From contig JASCQW010000109.1 in the NCBI GenBank assembly GCA_030264375.1, positions 35,710,361-35,774,360 on the forward strand: a DNA stretch of 64,000 bases. Reading direction: 5' to 3'. The stretch comes from Carcharhinus longimanus. Its lineage: Eukaryota. The translations under genes and the position numbers were made by a program. Shown here one piece after another: positions 49,101-62,508 of the stretch. The notes under the pieces are model-generated. The model ran no database searches. It saw nothing but the letters and a program-made list of their open reading frames with translations, and had not been told where the DNA came from. Positions within the stretch are counted from its first letter, which is position 1; each line of letters starts with the position of its first letter.

Positions 49101-51297
49101 TTTTTTGAGGAGTGATAATTTTTGAATTTCTAACTTTTCTAATTTACATTTGTAGAGACCAGCCATCTCCCCCAGTAGCTTTTTGAAAGCTTCATCTCCT
49201 CCGTGGTTTAATCCAGGAGCACAACAGGACTGTTCAGAATACTTAAAATATCTGTTGGACAGGTTAGTTGAAGAGTTGCAATGCAAATTTAATTGGGGCT
49301 TGTTGTTCATTTTTTACTTAGCATATAACTAATATATACTTGTTCATCCAACTTGACACAGCTTTAGATCAGGGAATTAAATATTTAGCTAGAAAAGCAT
49401 GTGGTAGGTGCAGTAATGTGAGTTGATAGATGGAGTTTCCTCAATAATTGCTCTAAAGGGAAACCCTGGGTTTTCCTTGTATATTCTCTTCCAAAAAAGA
49501 AAAGACTGGTCTTCATCCAGGGATCCTTGCATTTTTGATATCTTCATTTGCAAGGAAATGTTTCAAGATGTTATTTTTATGCTGATAATTTAAGCAGTTT
49601 GTCCTGATGACTGGCTGACATTAGCCAACTTTAAAGTATAGGCAATCCCAAATACCCTTTGGTTTAACAATGACACAATAAACCCACCCATACAGTTTTC
49701 TGATGTCAGCCAAGTGGTTTATCAAGAAATTACATTTTATTGGCTTCTCTGAAAGAGGAAGATGTTTTTTTCCTGGACAACTACTTGTCTTGGGGATTGT
49801 CAGCGAAGTCTGAAAGTAGCAAATCAGACCATGGGCTTAATGTTTTATTGCAACAGACATGAAACGCAGTTTCAAATTCTAAAGAATCTATTCTTGAACA
49901 TAGTTTGATTTCAAAAATGAAAGGACAATTAAACAGTTTGAGTATAACCCTTCAAGAATAATCAATAATTTTAGTTAAATTCACAGAAAAATATAGAGTA
50001 ACTAAACATTGCAATCACAAGATGTTAATGGGTTGAATTGCTTGTAGTTGCTTATCGACAATTTAATTTAAAATGTCATGTAGATGAGGCAAAGGGAAGA
50101 CCTTTACAGAACAAAAAGCTGGAAACAACAAAAATATTGAAAAGACATGGGAAAATTATACACAAAGAAAGCTGAAGCACAATGGGGAAAATAAAATATA
50201 GGAAAGATTCCAAAAGCTGGAGGTTTAAAATGAAAACACAAAATTGTTGGAAATGCACAGCCATGAAAATGGTGAGAGGCAGTGGGGAAATGGAGCCAAA
50301 TGAAGTCCATCCCCTCAGCCCAAAGGCCACCAAAAATGCTGATGAAGAGTCTACCCAAAGTATCAACTGTGTTTAGGAAAACAAGGTCTACCTCTGATCT
50401 GTGGCCTAACTGGCTCTCCTTCAAAGAACTGCATTAAGTCACTACGAAGTGCTAAGCTTTTGAAGAAGAACTTAACTGAGATGTGGAATTGGGAGGTGCA
50501 GGAGTACATCTGACCCTAGTTTGAAGCCACAGGCTAGCCATTGCTTGCTGCCTCAACCGCCACCCAGTTCGCCCAACACTCGCTTATTTTGAGGATAGAG
50601 ACTCACAGGAAGTTGGGTGTAAAGAAGTATGATCCATGTAACTGAGAATTGTTGATTATATATGGATAGCTGTGAAATGGCAAGTTTTGATTCCTGTTTC
50701 CTTATTGACTACATCTCTGCTACTGAATACTAAAGGCATTTCCCAGCGTCTTAACTTGAGGCCTTGGCTGTATATACTCTATATTTTCTTTGGAACAAGA
50801 GACACTGATGAAATGGGTTATGGGATGGAAAAGAGAAATAGGTCAACCCCTCTTCTTTCATAAAATCACTTTATAGCAGGAGAATCTGCTTCATGGCAAC
50901 ACTGATTGCAGGACACTTTTCCCAGTCTTGCAGTGGGGGCAGTACACTGAACTTCTTGAGAATGTTTGACTCTTACCTGGCTGATGGAGGCTTGCTTGCT
51001 TGAGTCAATCATGGTGATGCAGCGAGGAAAATTTCAACCTTGCTGATTTTGTGACATCCTTCGTGAGCTGTACCTTTGAAGTTCAGTATCACCGGAGGCT
51101 GAAGCAGTAGGGCAGTTTACACCCCACTGTTACATTGCACAATGGACAATGACTGAAATAAGTGTCGCTAGCCCTGTACATTGTGGGATACATCCTCATT
51201 CCCTACAACATATAGGCATGACTGCTGTGTTCTATCTCTGTGAAGGGACACCAATAATGTGCTGGAAACGTTGCACAAAGCACAGGACAAATGCCCT

Positions 51298-53370
51298 GGA
51301 CTGAATTCTCTGCCTTGTACAGGAATCAAGTTTTCGGACCACAGGAACACAGTTCATCAGAACAAGAAGCTATTGAAAGGGTGCAGTTAGTGGGAATTTA
51401 TTTAGAGGTGAACATTATGTACAAGTGCTTAAGCACTTGTACATAATGTTCACCTCTAAATAAATTCTTGCCTGTACTGTGCAACTCATGCCTCTTAACC
51501 TTTGTAGCCCTGCCAATACATCTTGGTGCATCCACAGCAGAGATGGAGACAACCTGTTGCCTGCCATGTCCTGTTGTCTGATGATGATCTTGGCTGTGAC
51601 CCTGAGGGCCCTGGCCTACTTTGGGGACCTGCTATGGCAATGCCACCCTCGGCCTGAGAAGCTGGAGCTGAAACGGTCACAAGAAGAGGATTCAGATGGA
51701 TGGGATACTTGTGAATGGTCCTGGGGTGTGACCAGCTGATTCTCTTCCCAGTGGGTGCTGTAGGGTCCCAGGCTTCCGCTTTATGATAGAAGGCAGCTCG
51801 AGTGAACTTGAGAAGTTCCACCATTCTCTGGTTTGGCACTAATGGATCCTAACAAGTGTCTGCGCCATGGAGTGTGCATCTTGTAGCAGTGCAGGACAAA
51901 GTATTACACCAAGGTACCCATGGTGGCCACCACCTTCATTGGTTGACCTCATTGTACTGCAGCGTTGTCATCTCAAGACAGAAGATGAATGCACTCCTCC
52001 ATGAAACCATTCAATCTGAGGATTGTACCAGGCACCCTTACTGATTTTCCCAAGTTTGCCTTTGAAGCTGAGACTGGTCCAGAGGCTTATCATCTGACTG
52101 GGATTCAGCAGATTCCTTGCCTCCAACAATCCTCCTGAGTACTGACACTGTGGGATGTCCCTGACTCCACTTGTTGTGATTAGCAGAAGTGTGATGTGCT
52201 CACCAGATTGTGACTCCAAGGCTGATCTAGAATTATGTCCTAACAAGATGTGTCTCTCTGCTGGGGAGGATGAATGCTATGACTTCTACTTCAGGGTCTG
52301 TAAATCCCTTCTCTGTTCTGCTGTTGGGACAGCAATTGTGAACCTGGTTGGTGGACTCCCTGAGCTGTTTCCCAAATGTGCCTGCAAAATAAAGGAGAGG
52401 TCATTAGTGCATGTCAGGGGCTTGAGAAACAGGAGACACAATTCACAACATTGTCATCTGGTTGTTACGATGCTGGTTCCTCATTTAGTTTATCGCTGCT
52501 GACCTCGCCATCAGCACAGGAGCAGTCGACATCCTCCCCAGCTGGCTGGATGGCTTTGTCCTCTAATTCTGTAAGGATCTTGAATTCTGGCGTCCCTCCA
52601 TCTGTCTAGGATTTCTCCTTGTGTGCAAGCTTGTCCTGCATGAAAACGAGATGGAGAGGCCATAAGCAGGACACGTGCAAGGGCAGATGATAAGGATATC
52701 TGGTAGGTGTGCATGGTGAGTAGGCCAAACGAGGTGATGAGGCCGTGACCTGCAGTTAGATGGAAATGTAAATGGGAGAGTGAGTGATGATGTCCCTTGA
52801 GCTGGCGGAGTGTGAGATCCCTGTGCACATGTAATGGGAGTGAGTTGAAATTGATGAGAAGAATGACTTCCCCTAGCAGAAAGAAGATCACTTATCTGGC
52901 AGTATTGGGTAGCTATCCTCTTTTGCAGGGTGTTGGCACTCATGATTGCTGCCACTTCCATGCTGGGTATGTGAGCTTGCTGCTGGGTTCTTGCCCTGAG
53001 CACGGGTAGATTATATTATGATGGACCTCGACAGAATTGAGGAGTGTTTCCAGGGATGTATTTTGGAATTTTGGGGGGTATCTCCTGGCAACCATCACTT
53101 CCTCATGAGCTATGAAGTGTGGCTGCTATGTGCTGAGGTGGTTTATAATTGTGGCACTCTGATGATTGCAGTGCTGAAGTGATGGTGGGGCAGGCAAATG
53201 GGAGGCTGTCTCACTGGCTACATGACATAGAACCTGTGGCGGAAAATCTTTGGCATTAAGTGCTGCACTGTGTAGCAGGAAAAGCTGTCTTTGCCATTGG
53301 TGGCCTTCATGCCGTTTTTTTTTTTTGGCCCACCATTGGCCTTTGCCAACTCCTTGAAAAATCTCGGCTT
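51298..53370 (-). mobile_element. PIF/Harbinger transposon remnant with Myb/SANT-like (NAIF1-type) pseudogene
   Basis: From ATG 53095(-): MVARRYPPKFQNTSLETLLNSVEVHHNIIYPCSGQEPSSKLTYPAW/EVAAIMSANTLQKRIATQYCQISDLL (one frameshift). No convincing DDE transposase. Boundaries inferred from TIR-like ends. Confidence 0.68.
51394..51467. repeat. Perfect 74-bp palindrome (37-bp arms, no spacer)
   Basis: GAATTTATTTAGAGGTGAACATTATGTACAAGTGCTT|AAGCACTTGTACATAATGTTCACCTCTAAATAAATTC, checked base by base. Confidence 0.97.
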
Positions 53371-53499
53371 TGGTCTCTCATTAAAAAATAAGTATGGAAT
53401 TATTTATTTTAGAGTACAATGATAATTTTCCAGTCATCAATTGGTGTTTAATAAGGCAAACAGTAGGATTTCACAATGGAAGATCCTGCAGGAAAATGT

Positions 53500-54103
53500 T
53501 GGATTGATTTTGTGCTGCCTTGTTGAAAGGTTTGAAGATGATAGGGCATGTAAGATCCAGTGGATGACCTTGCTATTGTCTACCTTCCTGTCCCTGACCT
53601 GTCTGACATTTTATGGGTGTTGTGGGAGGGGAGCAGCCTGTCTGCCCTTGGGCCTGTTGAAGGCTCTTAATTGGTCAGTTAAGATCCTCAAATCAGTACT
53701 TACCTTTGGCACGAGGGAACTCATGCTGTGCAAGAAGGTTGGCAGTTTTCATTGAACTGGTAGGTATTGGGCAAAGTTGGAGGTAGTGGGTGGAGTGTCC
53801 TGTGTGGGTCTTCTGCTCCATTGGTCATTTGCCACCACTCCCCCACCCACATCTCAAATCCCTGCCTGGCCTTTTAAACCCACTCAACTCATCCCTATTG
53901 CTAAAGCCCCCCTAAGCTTACAGACCGGTTTGGGCTCCTCAACATTGGGAACTACTTGTAGTCCCAGTAGTGGCCACTGCTCACTGGCACCACTGGGATT
54001 ATAAAGATTCTGGCCATCCAAAGGCAAGACTTCTCAGGAGGGGCTCCTCAAACTGCTCCCACCGTTAAATTTGGGGACCACGGTGCTCCATAAAATTCAA
54101 CCT
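53500..54103. mobile_element. Non-autonomous Harbinger-like element (~600 bp)
   Basis: Ends GGATTGATTTTGTG / CATAAAATTCAACC; interior similar to 59889-60523. Confidence 0.5.
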
Positions 54104-54344
54104 GTCGTTCCACATCATGCAGCACCAGCACATGTGACTTCATCTGATGTTGGAAAGAGGTAGCAGAGAAAAGCATCATATTGATAATGTAGATAGACCC
54201 ACAAGACTATTGGTCCATTTAGGTGCTTTCCAAAATTGTGAACCCAGGACAACTTCAGTTAATTTTAATACCCAGAAAATTGAAACAAGTCATTGGGAGA
54301 TAGAATATTGCTAAGTAACCTTGTAAATGGAATTTGTGTATACG

Positions 54345-54616
54345 TATACGTGCAGAGGTACCTGGGGGTGCTTGTGCATGAGTCGCAAAAACCCAGTCTG
54401 CAGGTGCAGCAGGTGATCAAGAAGGCAAATGGGATGCTGGCCTTTATNNNNNNNNNNNNNNNNNNNNNNNNNNNNNNNNNNNNNNNNNNNNNNNNNNNNN
54501 NNNNNNNNNNNNNNNNNNNNNNNNNNNNNNNNNNNNNNNNNNNNNNNATCTTATTGAATGGCGGGACAGGCTCGAAGGGCTAGATGACCTACTCCTGCTC
54601 CTATTTCTTATGTTCC
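54345..54616 (+). mobile_element. Young CR1 copy collapsed over a gap
   Basis: VQRYLGVLVHESQKPSLQVQQVIKKANGMLAF before the gap, and the same tail as 41031-41797 after it. Confidence 0.85.
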
Positions 54617-55339
54617 TTTGTGGCCCCTGTGTCACTTCAGGATCCTGACACTGCTTATTCTAACTAAATTATCTGAAATTAACTTTTTAATTTTTATTAT
54701 CTTGGTCTCGATCACTTAAGGTTTTCCCTCTCCCTGACATCAATCTTTTGGTATAAACTAATGCAAAGTACTTATTAAATACCTCCATTGTGTTTAATTC
54801 TTTCTTTTATAACTTCTGCTATCAATCCCTCCCTGTCCCTGAACTGAATTGTCCCATTGTTCTTTTGTAATTTTTTCATTCTTGTACTCTCCATGGGCAC
54901 TTTTCAATTTTAATTTGTTTCTGGCCTCTTTATCTTTCAATGATGTCCTCAAAATTGTAGTAGTTTTCCTTTTTCCTAATGGAATATATTAAACCTGAAA
55001 CTTTGCAATTTTGTTTTGTTAAAGATTCAGCTGTTAATGTCATACGTGCCAAATTCTCCTTCCAATTTATCTCAAGCCATCTTATTAATGAGCTTTCTTA
55101 AATCTGTCCAAATCAAATCAAAATAGTTTTGTACTTACTTTACCTCTTTCTAATTGGATTGTAAGCCATACTATTCTGCAATCACTGCTCCTAGGGTCGC
55201 CACCAACAATTATTTAAACTGATACATTTACGGTCTAAAAAAATGGATATGCATTGTCAAGTTTTAGTTTTTGTATTTATTTTGCAACCTTTCAAAATTA
55301 TTATGGAAAGGAGAGAGTTAAAATGAACTTCCCTCACAT

Positions 55340-55740
55340 AAAAATAGTAAAATGCTGGAAAATCTCAGCAAGTCAGACAGCATCCGTGGCGAGAGAATAG
55401 AGCCAATGTTTTGAATCTGATGACCCTTCACCAGGGCTGAGAGGAAAGAGAGTCAGCAGAGATTTATACTATGAGTCAGTCAAAGAGAATGTAAGTGAGA
55501 ATGTAGAAAACTGAGAAGGTGCTGAAAGTGTCCATTAAGTGACCAGAATGGTGAAACGAAGGGACAGCTTGGTAAAGGACTACCTGAGGAATGTGGCAGT
55601 TGGTTTGAAGAAGTAGAGGTGGTGGTGGGGGGTGGTGGAGCAGGAGAGCAATAAAATGGAAAATGCAATGAAATAAATGGGGTAGAGGGCAGAAGTGATT
55701 CATTATTCCCTCACTGTCCATAGCAGAGATGTTTTTGAAC
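55340..55740 (-). mobile_element. Penelope-like element 3' end with decayed hammerhead motif
   Basis: Reverse homolog of 830-1100 (AAAATGCTGGAAAATCTCAGC..GATGACCCTTCACCAGGGC..GAGATTTATACTATGAG..GTGTCCATTAAGTGA). Confidence 0.68.
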
Positions 55741-57131
55741 TATCTTTAAAGTAGGTTGTGACATTTTTGCCTTAACCCTCAGCTTATGTGGTACAAATTG
55801 ATAAGACCAACTCTAACTCTCTTTACGATTACATTGGAAAGTTAGTTTATTTTGGGTGCAAGCCCTGGGGAAGGAGGGGTGTTTGTTCACAATCCCACGC
55901 ACATATATACGCTTAGCTGGGATAGAAATGAGGGAGCTTTTACAACAATGGACACCATCAATGAAAGAACCACAAAAATGAATATTCGCTCGCGTGATGG
56001 CCAGTGCCCAAGAGGTTAAAGTCCACAGGGTGTTTCTGACATGGCAGAATTCAGTCCAAATGATTTTCTGTTTGGAGACATCGACGCGAAAATNNNNNNN
56101 NNNNNNNNNNNNNNNNNNNNNNNNNNNNNNNNNNNNNNNNNNNNNNNNNNNNNNNNNNNNNNNNNNNNNNNNNNNNNNNNNNNNNNNNNNNNNNNNNNNN
56201 NNNNNNNNNNNNNNNNNNNNNNNNNNNNNNNNNNNNNNNNNNNNNNNNNNNNNNNNNNNNNNNNNNNNNNNNNNNNNNNNNNNNNNNNCCTACTTGTGCA
56301 CTATAGGGATTCTATGATGTCTCTGCATTTATTATCATCACAGCCGGGGGGAGTCAGTTCATCTGTTAGTCATCTTGTTTTGTGATTATAATGTGGCCTT
56401 ACAATGGCATGTGACATTCCACATGGATAAGAGTGGAACTCTCTTATTCTTGTAATCTCTGTTGGAAGCTTCTGGAACAGATGGCCAATCGTGTTTGTCA
56501 TGTGACCTGAATCTTGTGGTTCAGCAAAATGCATTTAAGATAGCAAAAAAAATCAACTCTTGCTATATTTGATAGTTTTGATTTATTTTCCTGTCTTTTT
56601 GACATGACAAGATGGAATGATTTTTTTCATTACAGACATACTGGTCCTGAAGTAACTGAGTTTTTGTTTCACAGTGAGAAAATCTGTAGCAGGAGTTTCA
56701 GTCTGGGGTGGGATAGATGCTGATAGCTATGTCTGTAGAGCTATAACTGAGCTGCCAGACCTGAATGTCTGGCAGGAAATTTGCTTGGCTTTAGGTGACC
56801 ACCAGCCCTTAACAGCTTGAAGAGAAAATTTTTCATCAGGTCAATGTTCATAGACAGCTTATCCCCTTGAGCAAAGTGTCACTGCGGCACTGTGCTTGGA
56901 TTTCTAGACATCAAAGTGACTTGCCTATGACCTTCCACTGTGCTGAAAGAAGATGCTTATCACGTAGCTGATGAGGGAATGCTGATGCCAATCCATAACC
57001 ATGGCCAGAATGCCTGGCATGTAGGCTGCATGTGAGACATTTTGCTGATGATCCAAATCTTGGCTAAAGTCATGAATGATTTGTTAACTTATGGTCCAGT
57101 TTTTTTGTAATACACAAAGATATAGGTATAT

Positions 57132-57586
57132 GGCTAGGATTTTTAGGATGGCAGGGTTTCTCAACTCAGAGTCAGTGAGGACTGCTTCTCCACCAACACT
57201 GCCTGCCACTGTGTTTCACGCTCTAACAAGTGTTAATTGGCTGCAGGAGGAACTGCACCACCTTTTCTGTCTCGCTTGGGAGGAAGTCCTGCAATAGAGG
57301 GTGGGACTCTTAAAGATTGGAATCTGTCTAGACTTTGCATCATCAGAAGCTGGAGTGGACAGGACTGGGTCTGCATGCATGAAGAGATATGTTCTGTGGG
57401 GGTTTCAGGGTTGGGAGATAGGGTGGTAAAGGGATAGGGGGAGAAGCTGGTTAGAAGGGAGGTCTAGCGGCTACTTGACCTTAAGGGGAGGAGTTCCCAG
57501 AGTTAAAAGAAGGTTTCTAATGGAGAAGCCNNNNNNNNNNNNNNNNNNNNNNNNNNNNNNNNNNNNATAAGCCTAAATTCAGGCCT
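57132..57586. mobile_element. Non-autonomous Harbinger-like element (spans gap)
   Basis: Ends GGCTAGGATTTTTAGG / CCTAAATTCAGGCC; G-rich interior. Confidence 0.42.
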
Positions 57587-59092
57587 ATGCGATGAAATCA
57601 TAATTTTATATGAAAAATAATTGCAATGTCTTTTCTCATGGAATACTGAAGAAATAGTTTGCGCTAAGAAACACTTCAAAAAGTTTTTAGAGCAAATCTT
57701 CTGTTTGTGTGCTCTTAGTGTACATCGTCACTTGCATTTAATGGGAAATCGAATGCATGCAGCCCACGATTTCCCATTCATCAACATTAATGGATAAAGA
57801 AAAATCATTGACCGTGCCTGCATCATTTCTCGATAGTTTCTGCCAGGGGCAAGCAAGCAGAAAATTTACTTCTATATATATTCAAAGCTGCAGAGAAAAC
57901 TCAGTGTACAAAGTGGATAGTCAGACAATGCAAACTCCTATTAGAGGGCTGATTGTAGATTAATAGTATTAGATTTGGTAAATTTCCTGCGCACTTTTAA
58001 ATAACATTTGTGTTTATTAACAATGAGTTGAATCTTCTCACTTTGGCAATGCTGAAACAATGGGTCAGTTTTTGGGTCTGGAACTCAACCCAAGAGTGCA
58101 CCCAATAGTTGCTCTTAACCAGAGCAAACCAAAAGTCATTCCATCTACAGATACCCAGACCAATTAGGGAGGGTGGACATGATAAAGGATCCATGTTGTC
58201 AAAGGAAGAATTCCTAATTAAAGGGACCACAGCATGGAACAGGAAAAAAAAAATCAGCATTTCAATTTTTGAGGCCATAAGGAATGGAAAGGAAACATGG
58301 GGAGTCTATGCAAGCACCCCATGTCCCCCCAGCCCCCTACTCCAAACTTCCCACAGATCTCTCACTCTTCCCTAGAGGTCTTACTGAGGGATCTGAGAAG
58401 CTCTGGTTGGTGAGGTTTCCCTAGGACAGAAGCAAGAGGACAACATGCTCAACCAAGCAGCTGTGCATGACCACTGGCCAAGAATGTTAGCAGTGTGCTC
58501 ACTGCAAAGCAGAGACAGTGCATCAAGAGGACCCAGGACCTCAGGAAAATTGAGTAGTGTTACTCTTCCAAGTGCAAAACCCACACCCTGACTTATCTGG
58601 CATTCTCCTGCACAGTGCACCCCAAAATAACACACCTTGCAGCTCCACTAGCGCCCCTCTGCAGGCACCACATACTTACATCCAGACAGCCCCCACTTTG
58701 GCCTCATCCTGTTACCTTTTCAGACTTGTGCTTCACAGTTATCCTCCACATGTGCTATTTTTCTTTCCTTAGCAAGGAAGCTATGATTAAAAACTCACAT
58801 CTCTGTTTTGCTTTTGCAAAATAGAGAGAACATGTACTGTTGGGGAACAACAGAGACTAAAGGGAAGTGGAGCTCTTTGCCCTCCAATCACAGGAGCCTT
58901 GGCTGCTCCTCTCAATGCATATTCACTAGGAAGGAGATCTTGTTCCTTTGGGCAGTGGGTGTCTGCAACAACTTGTCATATGAGCCTGAGCTATTTGAAG
59001 TACTGATGCTCAGACATGTCGAGAGAGCTGATCCTTTGCCTATGCTGGGATCTAGCTGCTGCATCTGTTACTGCTGCTGCCAGTGTTGGAGT

Positions 59093-59338
59093 GTCTAGGG
59101 CGGTGGATAGAGGAGAGCCGGTGGATGTGGTCTTTCTGGATTTTCAGAAGGCGTTTGACAAAGTNNNNNNNNNNNNNNNNNNNNNNNNNNNNNNNNNNNN
59201 NNNNNNNNNNNNNNNNNNNNNNNNNNNNNNNNNNNNNNNNNNNNNNNNNNNNNNNNNNNNNNNNTTATTGAATGGCGGGGCAGGCTCGAGGGGCCAGATG
59301 GCCTACTCCTGCTCCTATTTCTTATGTTCTTATGTTCT
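59093..59338 (+). mobile_element. Young CR1 copy collapsed over a gap
   Basis: AVDRGEPVDVVFLDFQKAFDK before the gap; tail GGCCTACTCCTGCTCCTATTTCTTATGTTCTTATGTTCT after it. Confidence 0.87.
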
Positions 59339-59888
59339 AATGTTGAGGCTTTTGTCTTTGTCCTTAAGAGATAGAAGGTGGAGCTGCATAAACTGCTCCC
59401 AAACCATGCCCGATTGGCAGCACTAAAGTGCTGCTGAAGGTGAATGAAGTGATAGATAAGTGAAGCACCTTTTAGGAAGTTGGCAATCACTTGTCAAACA
59501 GTGACGGCACTCTTCAAGAGATGAAATTCTTTGAGCGGTGGTTTCTCAGTGGTCATGGTTGAAGAATATAGGAAGAGGCAGGATCCTGTTGGGATCTGAA
59601 TCCAATATAAATTCCAGGGACCTTTGGAGCTCACCCATTGCCAAAACCTCCTCCAACAGTCTGGGAAGATTCTCCCCTATAATTTAGAATAATGTTAGTT
59701 TATGATTTTTGGACAGAGAGGAGTCTCATATCACCTTTGACAAAAAATCCAATAAAATGGAATTTATTTATGCTGTAGTTAAGTTTGATAAAGGCATGGA
59801 GAGGAGTTTTAACAGATGAGGTGAAATTGAGGCAGAGGCACATGATATTGTTGGGGTGGAAGCAGGTCAGCTTTATAACAGGGCTAAA

Positions 59889-60523
59889 GGGTGGAATTTA
59901 ATGGCCTCTCCAGTTGCACAGTGAGAGGGAGCTGCACTGTCTGTATAATGGGGTAAGAAGGCTTGGGGTAGGCCTTCCCAACTCCCCCTAATTAAGTCCT
60001 GGGTGCTCTTTGCAACACCTAGGCCAAACAATGACCTCATCCAATGGTAGAAGGAGAGCCATGGTATGACTAGATGTGTGTGTTCATTCTGTGCTCTGGG
60101 ACTCTGTGCCCAATGAAAGGCCTTATTGATAGCATGAATCACTCCTGCAGGAAATCCCTCTCATTACTTGTATTTGTTGCAGCAACAACCACCCTTGCCC
60201 CGCCCACCCCCAGCCCTTTGCCTCCTCAGCAGGGCCTGTTTAACTGGCCATTCCATTTTCCAGGGGTCAGGGACAATTTCTCTTCCTGGGCCTACTGCAG
60301 CTCCAGCAATGCTTCCAGTGGTGCTGCTGGAACTGAAGAACTGCCAACCTCTGGCTGATAGTACTTGGAGTGCGGGCACCTGCTCTGCATGACCCAGGAA
60401 CTTAGACGTTGATCAGGTTGGTGCCTTACTGGCTTTTAGATGCCCGGGAATGGCTGCTGAGGGGATGCCACCAGGTCTCCAGCCAGTAGATGTGCCCACA
60501 ATCATCACCATTAAATCCAATCC
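59889..60523. mobile_element. Non-autonomous Harbinger-like element (~635 bp)
   Basis: TIR GGGTGGAATTTAATGG / CCATTAAATCCAATCC. Confidence 0.6.
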
Positions 60524-60529
60524 AATTTG

Positions 60530-61300
60530 CGGTTAGCATGCAGTTCAGAAGCAGATTGGATGTTACCAACTAAGGTCAGGCTGAGTCAGTGAACAGGAAG
60601 AGTGATGGAATTAACCATAAGGTATTAATGGGCAGTGGTTTGTTACTGGAGAAGAAGACAATAGCTTTGCTTTTTGTAAAATTTAGATAGAAAATCATGT
60701 GGCTCACCCAAAGGTGGATATTGGCCAAAAACTCTGACACCACAGAGGCAATGTAGAGACTGACGTGCAAGTCAGGTTGTCAGCGTATGTGTGGAACCTA
60801 TCGCCTTATAGGCTATCATTTTGGTAAGGGGCAGAGGGGAATCAAGAGCAGACCCTTCCTCTGGAGTGCTCTGACTATAAGGGCGCAAAGATAGGGGGTT
60901 ACTGGGGAACAATTGTGATGGGAACATGTTTAGGTTTTGCTGGGAACAAGTACATCAAAGATGACGTGAAAGAGTAGTTAAACAAGTTCATGGCTACAGA
61001 AACTTCCCAGAGAAATGGAATGCCAAAGGCTAGGCCATTGAGAATTGGAAAGTGCAGTTGTAACCAAATGGGTGGAAATGTTTTATTTTCCAGTGGAAGA
61101 TATAGAAGGAAACTGAGTTGAAAGGAGCAAAGAGATGTAGTGGCTGAGGGATGCAAGAAAGTTCTCATTAATGGTCTCATCAGTAATTGAGAGTGGACAG
61201 GCATGACATAAAGTAAGGTTGAGGAGGTGATATGAAAATTCAAATGGAAAGAGAAGTTTATGGAGGATAAGAAAGTAATGAATGCCAGGTAAACTGAGAT
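60530..61300 (-). mobile_element. L2-type LINE fragment, decayed
   Basis: Minus strand LANIHLWVSHMIFYLNFTKSKAIVF (cf. L.DI..WM..NFLQLN..KTEAI) and a YAD-like motif at 60781-60788. Confidence 0.55.
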
Positions 61301-62508
61301 GAACATTTAATTCATGAGGGGCTGTGCACTATAAATCTTTCGTGTGGGCCTTGGGGGGGAGTGTTTGGAAGTGAGGATTTCTAGATTGTGCAAATGTGCA
61401 GTTCTCTCCATTTGTCTGTTTATTTCAGGGTTACTCCACTAAGCATTCTGATAACAACTGTGACAGCTAATGGGTTTTTCGGTCTATTGGTTTCTCCTTT
61501 ATTACTTTGTCACTCTTAAATATAAAATTCACGCTCCCCAAAACATGAATTTTAGTTAGCCAGTGTATTACAAATGTGATTAAGTCATTCATTAGCAAAG
61601 ATCAATGGGTTTACTTCNNNNNNNNNNNNNNNNNNNNNNNNNNNNNNNNNNNNNNNNNNNNNNNNNNNNNNNNNACTTATTATAAGCGGTAAATTTAGTT
61701 GTCTAAAAGCACAAGATTATCATCAGTTGGAAGTTGTTCATTTTAATTAGGCAGCTTAACTGAAGTTGAGACAGTCTTATTGCATATTTTTAAGTAGCTA
61801 AGATTGAAGTTGTCAAGAACTGTCTGGAAATAAACAAATGATGAATCTTGAGCAACATTCAGCTCACAATACTCACTAATAATGTGTGACAACTGCACAT
61901 AAAGTTATTACTCTCTGCCATTCAACAAACGTCTTCTAAAATTTTCAGGTACTTACTGTTTTTTTTGGCAATTCTTCAAAATGACTGCAGAAAATTGGCC
62001 TTTAATATTGAATTTACCTTTTTGGTTAGGGACAACAGAACCAATGCCAGTCAAACTAAACAACCAAATCTGATGGACTACAGACTCAATTCAATATTAG
62101 TTTGATGTCACTGTGTAATATCTTCAGCAATTGTCATCACTAGGCAATAGTGGAAAATACTATACCAAGAACAAAAAGCATAAGCTACTTCCACTAAGCA
62201 AAAATGTTTTGCATTTTAAAACACGCTCAATAGAAGAATGAAATAATTACTTTCTTATTGTTTTTATTTTACTTTCTGGTTCTAAACCATTGAAATGATT
62301 TGTTGGTTGAGACGTTATGGTCAATATTCAGCTTACCTTGAATGTATATCTGAATATCACCAAGAGATAACGCACTGAAGGCAATTGGAACATACAATGA
62401 ATTGAAATCTATATTGTCTCTGTGGATTTTCCATTATTATGATATGTTTCATGCAGAGCTGAAATGCATGATAATAGGCTGATCTAAAATTATTTTTATC
62501 CCCTCAAG

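Larger units (their letters stand above)
306..61674. other. Nine assembly gaps (N runs) scattered over this span
   Basis: Approximately 306-405, 21419-21518, 26100-26105, 28927-28953, 54448-54547, 56094-56288, 57531-57566, 59165-59264 and 61618-61674. The 100-N gaps are probably of unknown size. Confidence 0.95.

Noticed and set aside
50500-51290. Possible HARBI1-type DDE transposase remnant (TLHN-like motif near 51135)
   Set aside because: No extended frame or catalytic motif could be read.
52880-53095. Possible domesticated NAIF1/MSANTD-like gene
   Set aside because: Frameshift and loss of conserved residues; a transposon pseudogene.
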